64,000 nt of DNA from an uncultured Sphingomonas sp. (GCA_964551235.1 CAZKCD010000001.1:15-64014); one strand, 5' to 3'; counted from the stretch's first letter, positions 32,414 to 43,241 are shown. The notes: generated by a model from the letters alone, not told the origin. A program made the numbers and translations.

Positions 32414-33659
32414 GAACGTCCTGCTGCTGGGTTCGGGGGGCCGCGAAGATGCGCTGGCCTGGCGCCTAAGGCAATCGCCGAGCTGCGGGAAGCTCATTGC
32501 CGCGCCGGGTAATCCCGGCATCGCCCGCTGGGCCACCTGCATCGCCATCGATCCGTGCGATCCGGACGCGGTCGTCGACCTGGCGCAGCGCGAATCGATC
32601 GACCTCATCGTCGTCGGGCCCGAAGCCCCGCTCGTCGCCGGGGTCGCCGATGCCGCCCGCGCCGCCGGGATCGCCGTGTTTGGCCCCTCGGCCGCCGCCG
32701 CGCAGCTCGAAGGCAGCAAGGGCTTCACCAAGGATCTGTGCGCGCGGCACTTTATTCCCACCGCCGCTTATGTCCGCACCGAGAAGATGGACGAGGCGCT
32801 GGCCGCGCTCGACCGCTTCGCCATCCCCGTCGTGGTCAAGGCCGACGGGCTCGCGGCGGGCAAGGGCGTCACCGTCGCGCTGACCCGCGCCGAGGCCGAG
32901 GCCGCGATCCGCGCCGCCGGCGACGGCCCGCTGGTCATCGAGGAGTTTCTCGAGGGCGAGGAGGCCAGCCTGTTTGCCTTCGTCCATGGCGCGCAGGCCA
33001 TTCCCGTCGCCAGCGCGCAGGACCACAAGCGCGTCGGCGAGGGCGATACCGGTCCCAACACCGGCGGCATGGGCGCCTACAGCCCCGCCCCCGTCCTCAC
33101 CCCCGCGCTCGAGGCGCAGGCGATGCGCGAGATCGTCGAGCCGACCGCACGCGCCATGGCGGCCGAGGGCCATCCCTTCACCGGCGTCCTGTTCGCCGGC
33201 CTGATGCTGACCGCCGACGGCCCCAAGCTGATCGAATATAACGTCCGCTTCGGCGACCCGGAGTGCGAGGCGATCATGCCCCGCATCGAGGGCGATTTTG
33301 CCGCCTTGCTGATGGCCGTCGCGCGCGGCGAGTCGGTCGCCGCGCCGACCCTGTCGCCGGACAGCGTGATGACCGTCATCCTCGCCGCCGAAGGCTATCC
33401 CGGAACGCCCAAGAGCGGCGGCACCATTGGCGGGCTGGAGGCGGCCGAAGACAGCGGCACGATCGTCTTCCACGCCGGCACCCGCGCCGCGGAGACGGGC
33501 CTCGTCGCCGGCGGCGGCCGCGTCCTTGCCGTCACGGCGCGCGGTTCCACCCTCGCCGAAGCGCGCGCGCGTGCCTATGAAGCGGTCGACCGGATCGAGT
33601 TCGCCGACGGCTTCTGCCGCCGCGATATCGGTTGGCGCGAACTGGAGCGACAGGCATGA
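32412..33659 (+). CDS. purD: phosphoribosylamine--glycine ligase
   Basis: [51 protein letters not shown]. Confidence 0.97.
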   Translation: MNVLLLGSGGREDALAWRLRQSPSCGKLIAAPGNPGIARWATCIAIDPCDPDAVVDLAQRESIDLIVVGPEAPLVAGVADAARAAGIAVFGPSAAAAQLEGSKGFTKDLCARHFIPTAAYVRTEKMDEALAALDRFAIPVVVKADGLAAGKGVTVALTRAEAEAAIRAAGDGPLVIEEFLEGEEASLFAFVHGAQAIPVASAQDHKRVGEGDTGPNTGGMGAYSPAPVLTPALEAQAMREIVEPTARAMAAEGHPFTGVLFAGLMLTADGPKLIEYNVRFGDPECEAIMPRIEGDFAALLMAVARGESVAAPTLSPDSVMTVILAAEGYPGTPKSGGTIGGLEAAEDSGTIVFHAGTRAAETGLVAGGGRVLAVTARGSTLAEARARAYEAVDRIEFADGFCRRDIGWRELERQA

Positions 33660-34066
33660 ACACGCGCTTCGCGGTATTGATCGGGACGGCGGCAAGCATC
33701 GCCTGCACCGCTTTGTGGCATGGCGCCGGCGGCGCGGGCGAGCGACTGGCGGCGACGCTCGACCGCCAGCAGCGGCTGATGCTCGACAGCTACGAGATGC
33801 AGGCGGTCGACGGGCGCGCCCAGCGCGACCCGGTTGCACGGCGGATTATCATGAAGGGGCCGGCGAACGACTTCCAGCGCGCCGAGCTGGTGCGCTACAC
33901 CGAGCGCGAGCCGGGCGTAGGCGAAGCCCGCTGGAACCGTCCCAAGAGCCAGCTGACCTACCCACTTCCCGCGCTGATCGAGGGCATCTTCCTTGCCCTC
34001 GCCACCTTCGTCGCGGGCCTGCTCGTCGCCTACGCCGCCTTCGTGCCGCGGAGGGAGGACGCATGA
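33656..34066 (+). CDS. hypothetical membrane protein (possible BON-like domain)
   Basis: ATGA overlap with purD; N- and C-terminal TM helices around a soluble alpha/beta domain. Confidence 0.7.
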   Translation: MNTRFAVLIGTAASIACTALWHGAGGAGERLAATLDRQQRLMLDSYEMQAVDGRAQRDPVARRIIMKGPANDFQRAELVRYTEREPGVGEARWNRPKSQLTYPLPALIEGIFLALATFVAGLLVAYAAFVPRREDA

Positions 34067-34170
34067 GCCTGCTGATCGCCACCTACTGGCCGCCGATGGC
34101 CGCCAGTCTCGTCATCGGTTTCCTGTCGGGAATGCTCGCCTTTCGCGGCGGCTGGAGGAGAAGGAAGTGA
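34063..34170 (+). CDS. small membrane protein (35 aa)
   Basis: GGAGG RBS, ATGA overlap; MSLLIATYWPPMAASLVIGFLSGMLAFRGGWRRRK. Confidence 0.65.
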   Translation: MSLLIATYWPPMAASLVIGFLSGMLAFRGGWRRRK

Positions 34171-34637
34171 ATTTCGTGAACGACTACGCCGGCCTCATCG
34201 CCATTGCCGCCGTCCTCGTGCTGGTGGCGCTGTTCTTCCTCCTTCGTCCCAAGCAGAAAGTCCGGCTGACTGACAGCTTCCCGCTGCGCCCGCACATGGT
34301 CGCGGCGAAGGACGCGGACGATGTCCCCACGGCGGGCGTGTTCGCCACCAACGGGGCCCGCGTCGCCGCCGGCCCCAAGGATGCGACCCATCCCGGTGAG
34401 CCGGACGATCTCCTCCTGCTCAAGGGCGTCGGACCGAAACTGGTTGATGCGCTCCATGCGCAGGGCCTCACCCGCTTCGACCAGATCGCCAGCCTCAGCC
34501 CGGCGCAGGTCGAGCAGATCGATTCGACCCTCGGTGCGTTTCGCGGCCGCCTCACGCGAGACCGGGTTGTCGAGCAAGCCGATTATCTCGCGCGCGGCGA
34601 CCGCGACGGGTTCGAAGCGACCTTCGGAAAGCTTTAG
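34167..34637 (+). CDS. membrane-anchored helix-hairpin-helix (COG3743-like) protein
   Basis: GTGA overlap; TM helix then DDL..LKGVGPKL...G.T.FDQIA...R....QA motif. Confidence 0.75.
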   Translation: MNFVNDYAGLIAIAAVLVLVALFFLLRPKQKVRLTDSFPLRPHMVAAKDADDVPTAGVFATNGARVAAGPKDATHPGEPDDLLLLKGVGPKLVDALHAQGLTRFDQIASLSPAQVEQIDSTLGAFRGRLTRDRVVEQADYLARGDRDGFEATFGKL

Positions 34638-35185
34638 GCGCCGATCAGCACCTCGGTGCCGACCCGCGTTTCCTTGAACAGCTTGGCGGCAAACGACGCC
34701 GGCAGGCGGACGCAGCCGTGGCTGGCCGGACGACCCGGGTTGAAGCCGGCGTGAAGCGCGATCCCGTAATTGTCGAGGCGCTGCATGTGCGGCATGGGCG
34801 CGTTGTCGTACTTTCGGCTGTGGTGCATCGCCTTCTTCTCGAGGATCGGGAAGATGCCGGTCGGCGTGTCCTTGCCCGGCTTTCCGCTCGACACGGTGGT
34901 CACTGCGACCAGCTCGTCGCCGCGGTAGAGATAGGCCATCTGCTGGTCGAGGCTGACAACGATCCGGGCGGCGCCGTCACGCGGCGCATCGGTGTCCCAC
35001 AGATATTTGCCCGGCGCGAGGTCGGCATGGCCCCACTTGGCGATCATGTCGGCGCGTGCCTGGTCGGCGGCGCGGGCCGCTTCCATCTTGGCTTCGGGGG
35101 TCTCGATCCACGGCTGGGCGATCGAGGGCGTGGCAAGGGCGAGCGTCGCCGCACCCGCCATCGCAATGGCAAGCTTCTGTAACAT
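34634..35185 (-). CDS. L,D-transpeptidase family protein
   Basis: VSSGKPG..TP.G.F, MP.MQRL, ALHAG..PG.PASHGCVRL. Confidence 0.92.
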   Translation of the reverse strand: MLQKLAIAMAGAATLALATPSIAQPWIETPEAKMEAARAADQARADMIAKWGHADLAPGKYLWDTDAPRDGAARIVVSLDQQMAYLYRGDELVAVTTVSSGKPGKDTPTGIFPILEKKAMHHSRKYDNAPMPHMQRLDNYGIALHAGFNPGRPASHGCVRLPASFAAKLFKETRVGTEVLIGA

Positions 35186-35385
35186 AACGACTTCCTGTCG
35201 AAATTGATGTTCGATCCATCAAAGATCGACGAAAACGGAAGTTCCTAGAGTTACGGAAGCGTATCGTTCTGAAAGTCTGTCAATGGCGTTTGCGTGACCT
35301 CGTCATGCCAGGCGCCTGCCCGATCTTGGCGAATGCCGGACCCGGCCCCAAGCTTGCCTGTTCGACCGATCCGGCGCTCCGCAAC

Positions 35386-35421
35386 GGAAAAGGGCCCGCC
35401 GGTTTCCCGGCAGGCCCTTCC
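35386..35421 (-). terminator. rho-independent terminator of the outer membrane protein gene
   Basis: AAGGGCC.GCCGG tttc CCGGC.GGCCCTT hairpin followed by TTTT on the minus strand. Confidence 0.7.
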
Positions 35422-35458
35422 TTGTTTCGGTCGATCGGTTGCCCGATCGGTCCGTCGC

Positions 35459-36295
<837 letters not shown>

Positions 36296-36422
36296 GCGGA
36301 CTCCCCTTTTGTGCACCTTCAGTGGTGCGGATCCATCGCCGTCTATAACGCAAAGTTTCGCTTTAGGAACGGGCCGCTGGCGTTTTCGGCAGAAATCGTT
36401 GCAACTCGGCCACACTGGCGGT

Positions 36423-37757
36423 TCAGCCGTCGGCGCCGACGGCCTCGCGCTTCTTGGCCCGGCTGACGATCAGCTTGTCGATCTTGCGCCCGTCCATGTC
36501 GACGATCTCGAACTTCCAGCCTTCGTGGCGGAAGGTCTCGCCGGCCACCGGGATGTGCTTTAGCACCTCCAGCGCGAACCCGGCCACGGTCGAGAAATCG
36601 CGGTCCGCCGGCAGCGATACGCCGACCTGGTCCTCCAGCACGTCGGCATTGGCCGCGCCGGAGACCAGCCAGCTACCGTCCTCGCGCTCGACGCAGGGCG
36701 GGTCGTCGTCCACGTCGAGGTCGTTGGCGAACGCCCCCGCCAGCGCGGCGAGAATCGACCCCGGCGTCACGATCCCGTCGAGATGCCCATATTCGTCGTG
36801 GACCAGCGCCAGGGGCACCTCGGCCGCGCGCAGCACCGCCAGCGCGTCCATGGCGTCCATCACGTCGGGGATGACCGGCGCCGGCCGCGCCATCGCCCCC
36901 AGCTCCAGCGCCTCCTCGTCGAGGATCGCGATCAGCAGGTCGCGCGTCGTCACTACGCCGACGATGTCCTCGACGGAGCCTCGCGCCACCGGCAGGCGGC
37001 TGTGCGGCGTCTCCTCCAGCACCTCGCGGATTTCCGCGCGCGTGCTGTCGATGTCGAGCCAGTCGATGTCGGTGCGCGGCGTCATCACCTCGCGCACCGG
37101 GCGGTCGGCCAGCCGGACGATGCCCGAAATGATCGCCCGCTCATTCTCCTCGAGCACGCCCGCGGTCTGCGCCTCGGCCACCACCAGGTGCAGTTCCTCG
37201 GCGGTCACCGCATTCTGCGCCTCGCGGGTCAGCCCCAGCGTCTTGAAGATTGCCGCGCTGGCGAGGTCGAGCAGCCACACGAACGGCGAGGTAACTTTCG
37301 CCAGCACGCGCATCGGCCGCGACACCAGCGCCGCGATCGGCTCGGGGCTGCGCAGCGCGAACTGCTTGGGCACCAGCTCGCCGATGATCAGGCTGAGGAA
37401 GGTCGTCACCACGATCACAATACCGAAGCCGACCGTCCCCGCCGTCTCGGGGTCGAGCCCCAGCCATTCCAGCCGCTGCCCCACCGGCGCGCCCAGGCTT
37501 GCGCCCGAATAGGCACCGGCGAGGATGCCGATCAGCGTGATTCCGATCTGCACGGTCGACAGGAAACGGCCCGGTTCCGACGCCAGCGCGAGCGCGCATT
37601 CGGCGCCCTTGCTGCCGGCCTTGGCCATCGCCCGCAAACGCGCTTCCCGCGACGAGACGATCGCCAGTTCGCTCATCGCGAACACGCCGTTCAACGCGAT
37701 CAGCGCGACGATCAGGATGAGGTCGAGCCAGGGAAAGGGGAGCAAGGTCGTGCTCAT
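36423..37757 (-). CDS. hemolysin family protein (HlyC/CorC, DUF21-CBS)
   Basis: NG.FAMSELA, LSTVQIGIT, GELVPK, MTPR, HSRLPV, DEYG. Confidence 0.93.
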   Translation of the reverse strand: MSTTLLPFPWLDLILIVALIALNGVFAMSELAIVSSREARLRAMAKAGSKGAECALALASEPGRFLSTVQIGITLIGILAGAYSGASLGAPVGQRLEWLGLDPETAGTVGFGIVIVVTTFLSLIIGELVPKQFALRSPEPIAALVSRPMRVLAKVTSPFVWLLDLASAAIFKTLGLTREAQNAVTAEELHLVVAEAQTAGVLEENERAIISGIVRLADRPVREVMTPRTDIDWLDIDSTRAEIREVLEETPHSRLPVARGSVEDIVGVVTTRDLLIAILDEEALELGAMARPAPVIPDVMDAMDALAVLRAAEVPLALVHDEYGHLDGIVTPGSILAALAGAFANDLDVDDDPPCVEREDGSWLVSGAANADVLEDQVGVSLPADRDFSTVAGFALEVLKHIPVAGETFRHEGWKFEIVDMDGRKIDKLIVSRAKKREAVGADG

Positions 37758-37821
37758 GGGACGCGCGCTTCCTAGCGCCAACAGGCCCTCACCGACAAGC
37801 GGCGGCGCGAGCACACGTTCA

Positions 37822-37846
37822 GGAACTTTCCCGCCGGGCACCGGTT
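37822..37846 (+). promoter_or_regulatory. ECF (EcfG-type) promoter
   Basis: GGAAC-N16-GGTT 36 nt before the OmpA-family start. Confidence 0.55.
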
Positions 37847-37882
37847 CAAGCCAACGAACCCCATCATTTCAGGAGTATAACG

Positions 37883-38551
37883 ATGTTCGGTCGAACCATG
37901 ACGCGTGCCACCCTTGCCGCCAGCGCCGCGCTCGCGCTCGCCGCCTGCACTACCGATCCCTACACGGGCCAGCGCAAGATCTCGAACGCCGCCGTCGGCG
38001 CGTCGGTCGGCCTCTTGGGCGGCTATCTGCTCGGCGATCTCGTCGGTGGCCGCGGCGACCGTACCGAAAAGATCGTCGGCGCGGGCATCGGTGCGATCGC
38101 CGGCGGCGCGGTCGGCTATTATATGGACCGGCAGGAGGCCGAGCTTCGCCGCCAGACCGCCGGCACCGGCGTCGACGTCATCCGCCAGGGCGACGACCTC
38201 ATCCTGCGCATGCCCTCGAACGTCACCTTCGACACCGACCAGTCGGCGGTGAAGCCGCAATTCTATTCGGTGCTTGACGACGTCGCCCGCACGCTCGCCG
38301 GCTACAACCAGACCTACATCGACGTGCTCGGCCACACCGACACGACCGGCAGCGAGGCCTATAACCAGGCGCTGTCGGAACGCCGCGCCCAGGCCGTCGC
38401 CGCCTACCTTGCGCAGCGCAACGTCGACCCGGCCCGCATGGCGACCCGCGGCTATGGCGAGACCGCGCCGCTTTACAACCCGGACGATACCGAGATGAAG
38501 AAGGCGGCCAACCGCCGCGTCGAAATCAAGGTGGTGCCGTTCCGCGGCTAA
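37883..38551 (+). CDS. OmpA family lipoprotein (YiaD-like, glycine zipper)
   Basis: Lipobox LAAC, glycine zipper, GHTD..G...YN..LSERRA, NRRVEI. Confidence 0.93.
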   Translation: MFGRTMTRATLAASAALALAACTTDPYTGQRKISNAAVGASVGLLGGYLLGDLVGGRGDRTEKIVGAGIGAIAGGAVGYYMDRQEAELRRQTAGTGVDVIRQGDDLILRMPSNVTFDTDQSAVKPQFYSVLDDVARTLAGYNQTYIDVLGHTDTTGSEAYNQALSERRAQAVAAYLAQRNVDPARMATRGYGETAPLYNPDDTEMKKAANRRVEIKVVPFRG

Positions 38552-39003
38552 CGACGACGGGCGAAGAAGTCGCGCAACTGGGTCGCGGCTTCTTCCCCGC
38601 CGATCCCGCTCAATATCTCGGGGCGGTGGTGGCACGTCGGCTGCGCGAAGATGCGCGGCCCGTGCAGCACGCCGCCCCCTTTTTCGTCCTCGGCGGCGAA
38701 GACGATTCGCGCCACCCGCGCCAGCCCGGCTGCGGCCGCGCACATCGGGCACGGCTCCAGGCTCACCCACAAGGTCGCCCCGTCGAGGCGCGAGGTGCCG
38801 AGCGCCGCGCCGGCCGCCCGCAGCGCCACCATCTCGGCATGCGCCGTCGGGTCGTTCGACCCCCGCATGGAATTGCCCGCTTCCGCCACGATCCGCTTGC
38901 CCACGGTCACGACCGCGCCGACCGGCACCTCGCCGCGCGCCGCCGCCTCGGCCGCCAGGTCGAGCGCGCGCCGCATCGGCGGGGGAAGGGGCAAGCTTGC
39001 CAT
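38548..39003 (-). CDS. tadA: tRNA adenosine deaminase / nucleoside deaminase
   Basis: GEVPVGAV, DPTAHAE, LEPCPMC. Confidence 0.88.
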   Translation of the reverse strand: MASLPLPPPMRRALDLAAEAAARGEVPVGAVVTVGKRIVAEAGNSMRGSNDPTAHAEMVALRAAGAALGTSRLDGATLWVSLEPCPMCAAAAGLARVARIVFAAEDEKGGGVLHGPRIFAQPTCHHRPEILSGIGGEEAATQLRDFFARRR

Positions 39004-39060
39004 CGCTCTTTCGCGCCTATCGCGGCGCGCGGCGAATCGCCAGTTCTCGCGTGATGACGC

Positions 39061-39342
39061 TTATTGCGCGTTGGTGACCGGCTGGGCGCCGTTGGCCGGC
39101 GGGTTCACGCGCACGTCGGGGACCGGGACCTGGACGTTGGCCGGCTTGGTGCCGACGGTGACGCTGCCTGTCTCGACCTTGAACTCGGGCGTCTGGCCGC
39201 CCGCCGCCGTGATGCCGTTCCCGCTCGCCGAGATGTCGGGCGCCTGCGCGGGGCGCGTCTGGCGGATATCGATGAGGTTGGTCGCGATCGCCGCGATCAG
39301 CACCAGCACGGCGATGATCAGGATCAGGAAGATGTTGCGCAT
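39061..39342 (-). CDS. hypothetical protein with N-terminal membrane anchor
   Basis: GGGAGG RBS; MRNIFLILIIAVLVLIAAIA..., GGQ.P.F.V motif. Confidence 0.75.
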   Translation of the reverse strand: MRNIFLILIIAVLVLIAAIATNLIDIRQTRPAQAPDISASGNGITAAGGQTPEFKVETGSVTVGTKPANVQVPVPDVRVNPPANGAQPVTNAQ

Positions 39343-39449
39343 GGTAAGGCCTCCCGTTGCTTCCCCGCTTGATCGTTTCGCGGGTGTTTCAAGGCGCCCA
39401 ACGCGCCGCGCGCCCGGACGTTTCCTTCGCGCGCCGAAGCCCGGCAAGG

Positions 39450-39476
39450 TTGACGCGCGGCCCATCCAAAGCTATC
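39450..39476 (+). promoter_or_regulatory. housekeeping sigma70 promoter of rpmB
   Basis: TTGACG-N15-GCTATC, matching the alphaproteobacterial housekeeping pattern. Confidence 0.5.
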
Positions 39477-39534
39477 GGCCCCACGCTTTGAAGGGCGCTT
39501 CACGCGTCCGCCACTTAAATCAGGACGAAACACC

Positions 39535-39816
39535 ATGTCGCGCGTTTGCGAGCTGACCGGCAAGGGCCGGCAGGTGGGCAACAACGTTTCCCACGCCAAC
39601 AACAAGACGAAGCGCACGTTCCTTCCGAACCTGCAGAACGTCACCCTGATCTCGGACAAGCTCGAGCGCAGCGTTAAGCTGAAGGTCTCGACGCACGGTC
39701 TGCGCTCGGTCGAGCATGTCGGCGGCCTGGACAACTGGCTGGAAAAGACCGGCGAGGAAAAGCTCAGCCCGCGCGCCGCGAAGCTGAAGCGCGAACTGGC
39801 GAAGGCCGCCAAGTAA
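39535..39816 (+). CDS. rpmB: 50S ribosomal protein L28
   Basis: [10 protein letters not shown]...[20 protein letters not shown]. Confidence 0.98.
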   Translation: MSRVCELTGKGRQVGNNVSHANNKTKRTFLPNLQNVTLISDKLERSVKLKVSTHGLRSVEHVGGLDNWLEKTGEEKLSPRAAKLKRELAKAAK

Positions 39817-39820
39817 GCCT

Positions 39821-40768
39821 CTAGGGCGTCCAGTCGAACGCGGCGAGGAGGGTCCGCCCCCTCGCCCGCGAATCGCGATCGGTCACTACCCACAGGCGAA
39901 TGACGCCGTCGGGCCCCGGCTCGGCGGCGATTCCTTCGGCATTGTCCAGATGCCCCAGCGGCAGGCGCCCCAGCCTTGCCGTCGTCCCGCGCGCCGGATC
40001 GTAGAGCGCGACCCCGTTCGAAAAGCCCAGCGGCGACAGGCTGCGCATCAGCAGCAGGATTCGCCCGTCCGGCAATCGCGCCGCATCGCCCAGTCGTCCC
40101 GGCGAATCGATTCGGCCCGGCACCCGTCCGCGCCCGTCGAATCGCTGCACCATGTCGCCCTCTTCCGCGAACAGCAGGATCGCGCCCGGCACCTCCGCCA
40201 TGCCCTCGACCCCGCCATTCTCCGCCCAGCGTCGCCCGTCGAGCGGAAGAACCGCCAGCGTTCGCGTCAGCGCCGCGTCGAACAGCCGCAACTGGTGAAC
40301 CGATTCGAACGCCACCCACCAGCCGCGCTCCAGCGGATCGCGGGCGATCGCCTCGGCATCGTTGCCCGCCTTGCGCGTCGGCTTGCCCGGCCCCGAGGGC
40401 AGGTCGGCCAGCCGCATCACCGGCGCCGGCGTGCCCGGCTCGGGAAAGCGGATCGCCACCCCCGAATCGGTGATCGCCAGGAATTCCTCGCCGTCGCGGA
40501 CCAGCGCCGAGACGCCGTCGAGCCGCGGGTCGTCCGCCCGCACTTCCCACGCGCCGACCGTCCGGAACGGTCCGCCCGCCTCCAGCGCCACCGGCACGAA
40601 CGCCATCGCCACCGCCGCCTCGGCGCGCGGCACCCGGTCGTCCATCTTCCGCAGGGGGCGGTGCAGGCCGATCACGATGGCCGCAATTGTCAAGCTATTG
40701 AAAAGCCACGATTTCCTGAACGGAAGCTGCAAGCGGCGTTCAGGCATCGAAAAGTTCGAATCGGGCAT
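39821..40768 (-). CDS. esterase-like activity of phytase family protein (start uncertain)
   Basis: G.SAL...AITDSG, DAEAI, NGGVEG, DNAEGI beta-propeller motifs; located between cobT and rpmB. Confidence 0.75.
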   Translation of the reverse strand: MPDSNFSMPERRLQLPFRKSWLFNSLTIAAIVIGLHRPLRKMDDRVPRAEAAVAMAFVPVALEAGGPFRTVGAWEVRADDPRLDGVSALVRDGEEFLAITDSGVAIRFPEPGTPAPVMRLADLPSGPGKPTRKAGNDAEAIARDPLERGWWVAFESVHQLRLFDAALTRTLAVLPLDGRRWAENGGVEGMAEVPGAILLFAEEGDMVQRFDGRGRVPGRIDSPGRLGDAARLPDGRILLLMRSLSPLGFSNGVALYDPARGTTARLGRLPLGHLDNAEGIAAEPGPDGVIRLWVVTDRDSRARGRTLLAAFDWTP

Positions 40769-40781
40769 AAGCCCTTCTATC

Positions 40782-40915
40782 GACGGGGTTTTCCCCCTTT
40801 TCCCCCGTCCGAGAGACCCGCTGGCGTAACAACCGGCGGGTTTCCAACAGTATCCCTCGCGTCGCGTAACGAGGGGGGGCCGGAACGCGTAAATGTTCCG
40901 GCCCCAAACTGTTCT
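40782..40915. ncRNA. candidate multi-hairpin small RNA
   Basis: Four consecutive stem-loops; GCGTAA in hairpins 2-4; pyrimidine-rich CCCCC loop in hairpin 1; last stem GGGGCCGGAAC/GTTCCGGCCCC. Confidence 0.55.
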
Positions 40916-40939
40916 TTCCATAGGGTGCTCGCAGCGTGA

Positions 40940-42757
40940 TCACTGCCGGTCGAACAGCGCCGCCAGTTGCTCGACCAGCGCCCCGCCCAACTGCTCCGCG
41001 TCCATGATCGTCACCGCCCGGCGATAGTAGCGCGTCACGTCGTGCCCGATCCCGATCGCGGCCAGCTCGACGCTCGACTTGGTCTCGATGAAGCCGATCA
41101 CCTCGCGCAGGTGCCGCTCCAGATAGCTTCCGCCATTGGCCGACGCGGTCGAATCGTCGACCGGCGCGCCATCGCTGATGACCATTAGGATCCGCCGCTC
41201 CTCGGGCCGCGCCAGCAGCCGCCGGTGCGCCCACAGCAGCGCTTCCCCGTCGATATTCTCCTTGAGCAGGCCTTCGCGCATCATCAGCCCCAGCCCCTTG
41301 CGCGCATGGCGGTAGGGCTGGTCGGCGCGCTTGTAGACGATGTGCCGAAGGTCGTTGAGGCGGCCCGGGTGCGGCGGCCGCCCTTCGGCCAGCCACGCCT
41401 CGCGGCTCTGCCCGCCCTTCCACGCCCGCGTCGTGAAGCCGAGAATCTCGGTCGCCACCCCGCACCGCTCCAGCGTCCGCGCGAGCACGTCGCCGCACAT
41501 CGCCGCGATGGCGATCGGCCGCCCGCGCATCGATCCCGAATTGTCGATCAGCAGGCTGACGACCGTATCCTTGAACTCGGTGTCGCGCTCGACCTTGTAG
41601 CTCAGCGAATGCGCCGGCGAGACGACCACGCGCGCCAGCCGCGCGGCGTCGAGCAGGCCCTCTTCCTGGTCGAAGTCCCAGCTGCGCGCCTGCTGCGCCA
41701 TCAGCCGGCGCTGGAGGCGATTCGCCAGCCGCGTCACCAGCGCCGACTGCTTACCGATCTGCTGGTCGAGAAAGCCGCGCAGGCGGGTGAGTTCGTCATC
41801 GTCGCACAGCTCGGCCGCCCCGACGATTTCGTCGAAGCGGGTCGTGAACGGCTTGTAGTCGGTCGCCGGCTCGTCCGCCCAGTTGCGCCGGCCCGGCGCG
41901 GTGCGCGCCTGCTCGCCGTCGGCGTCGCCCTGCGCGCCTTCGTCGTCCTCCATGTCGACGTCGCTGTCGGCGTCCTGCTCCTCGCTCTCGTCCTGGTCGG
42001 CCTGCTCGGAACGCATGTCCATCTGCCCGCCGTCGGGCTGGCTCTGCTCCTCGTCGTCGCCGTCCTGGTCCTGGTCGCCCTCACCCTCGTCGTCGTCGCC
42101 CCCCTCGTCCGGCTCCTCGCTCGCCGGCTCTTCGGGCGGCGCGAGGTCGAGGTCGGCGAGCAATCGCCGCGACAGCTCGGCAAAGGCCTGCTGATCGTCG
42201 AGGGTCAGCGCCAGCGCATCGAGATCGGCGCCGGCCTTTTCCTCGATCCACGGCGCGACGAGGTCGAGCCCCGCCTTCGCCGATTCGGGCGGGGCGGCAC
42301 CGGTCAGCCGTTCGCGGGCGAGAAGCCCGACCGCGGTCGCCAAGGGCACTTCGTTCGCCTGGCGCGCCCTGCCGATCGCGTCCAGCCGCACCCGCGCCTC
42401 GACATGGCGGTCCAGGTTGGCGCGCACGCCCTCCATTCCCTTGCCGCCCAAGGCCTCGACCCGCGCCGTCTCCAGCGCGTCGAACACGGCGCGCGCATCG
42501 GCGTCACGCGGCGCCGTCGCCTGGTGGATCGCGGCATCGTGAAATCGCAGGTGCAGCGCCGCGCTGTCCGCAGCCCCGCGCGCCTCGGCGACCAGCCGCG
42601 GGTCGAGCGAAGGGCCGGGCGAGGGCACGCGCGCGGTTTTGCCTTGGCTCGACACGCCTTCCGAGGCGAAGGCGACGTCCGCCTCCGCGTCGCGCGCAAT
42701 CGCCCGCGTGGCGCTGGCCAGCGCAAGGCGGAAACGGTCGAGGTTCGATGCGGCCAT
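40940..42757 (-). CDS. cobT: cobaltochelatase subunit CobT (vWA domain)
   Basis: RG.AD..AL, acidic linker, [35 protein letters not shown]. Confidence 0.95.
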   Translation of the reverse strand: MAASNLDRFRLALASATRAIARDAEADVAFASEGVSSQGKTARVPSPGPSLDPRLVAEARGAADSAALHLRFHDAAIHQATAPRDADARAVFDALETARVEALGGKGMEGVRANLDRHVEARVRLDAIGRARQANEVPLATAVGLLARERLTGAAPPESAKAGLDLVAPWIEEKAGADLDALALTLDDQQAFAELSRRLLADLDLAPPEEPASEEPDEGGDDDEGEGDQDQDGDDEEQSQPDGGQMDMRSEQADQDESEEQDADSDVDMEDDEGAQGDADGEQARTAPGRRNWADEPATDYKPFTTRFDEIVGAAELCDDDELTRLRGFLDQQIGKQSALVTRLANRLQRRLMAQQARSWDFDQEEGLLDAARLARVVVSPAHSLSYKVERDTEFKDTVVSLLIDNSGSMRGRPIAIAAMCGDVLARTLERCGVATEILGFTTRAWKGGQSREAWLAEGRPPHPGRLNDLRHIVYKRADQPYRHARKGLGLMMREGLLKENIDGEALLWAHRRLLARPEERRILMVISDGAPVDDSTASANGGSYLERHLREVIGFIETKSSVELAAIGIGHDVTRYYRRAVTIMDAEQLGGALVEQLAALFDRQ

Positions 42758-42848
42758 AGGTTGTCACGGGCTGTGCCGCCGCCCTGCGCCGAGGTCAACG
42801 CTTGCCCGTCGGCGCCGACCTTTCTAGCCAAGGGAAAAGGGGGACAGG

Positions 42849-43241
42849 ATGGCCATGAAGCTACGCGGCACGAAAATGACGGCGCGCGAATATGACGCGA
42901 ACCTCAACGGCATTCACATGCTGTTCGGGGCCATGCTGGGCGTGGTGCTGGCGGGGGCCGAAGCGCTGGAAACGTGGCGCTTCATGATGCTGATCGCCTT
43001 CACCGTCGGAATCGTGGTCAGCATTCTCTACATCAGCGCCAGCGAACAGCGCTTCGGTTATTTCGCGCTGGCGCTCGTCGGCGTGGCGATCCTGCCGCGC
43101 TTCTACGATTCGATTCTTGCGCCGGGCGACGTGGCGCCATCCAAGCTGCAGCCGACCTTGCTGTGCTGGACCTTGTTCGTCGGCCTGATCGAATTCCTCC
43201 CGCGCCACCACAAGCCCGGCGAGGAGACGCCCGCTCCCTAG
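42849..43241 (+). CDS. hypothetical membrane protein (about 4 TM)
   Basis: Hydrophobic 130 aa ORF with AAGGGG RBS, inserted between cobS and cobT. Confidence 0.7.
   Translation: MAMKLRGTKMTAREYDANLNGIHMLFGAMLGVVLAGAEALETWRFMMLIAFTVGIVVSILYISASEQRFGYFALALVGVAILPRFYDSILAPGDVAPSKLQPTLLCWTLFVGLIEFLPRHHKPGEETPAP

Noticed and set aside
35215..35245. GGAACTT on the minus strand upstream of the L,D-transpeptidase as an ECF promoter
   Set aside because: No convincing -10 element (CGTT/GGTT/TCT) at a 16-17 nt spacing
40782..40915. Cobalamin or glycine riboswitch next to cobT
   Set aside because: It lies downstream of cobT, and I see no B12-box or glycine aptamer consensus on either strand
41930..42130. 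Low-complexity acidic repeat region
   Set aside because: Normal Asp/Glu-rich linker of CobT
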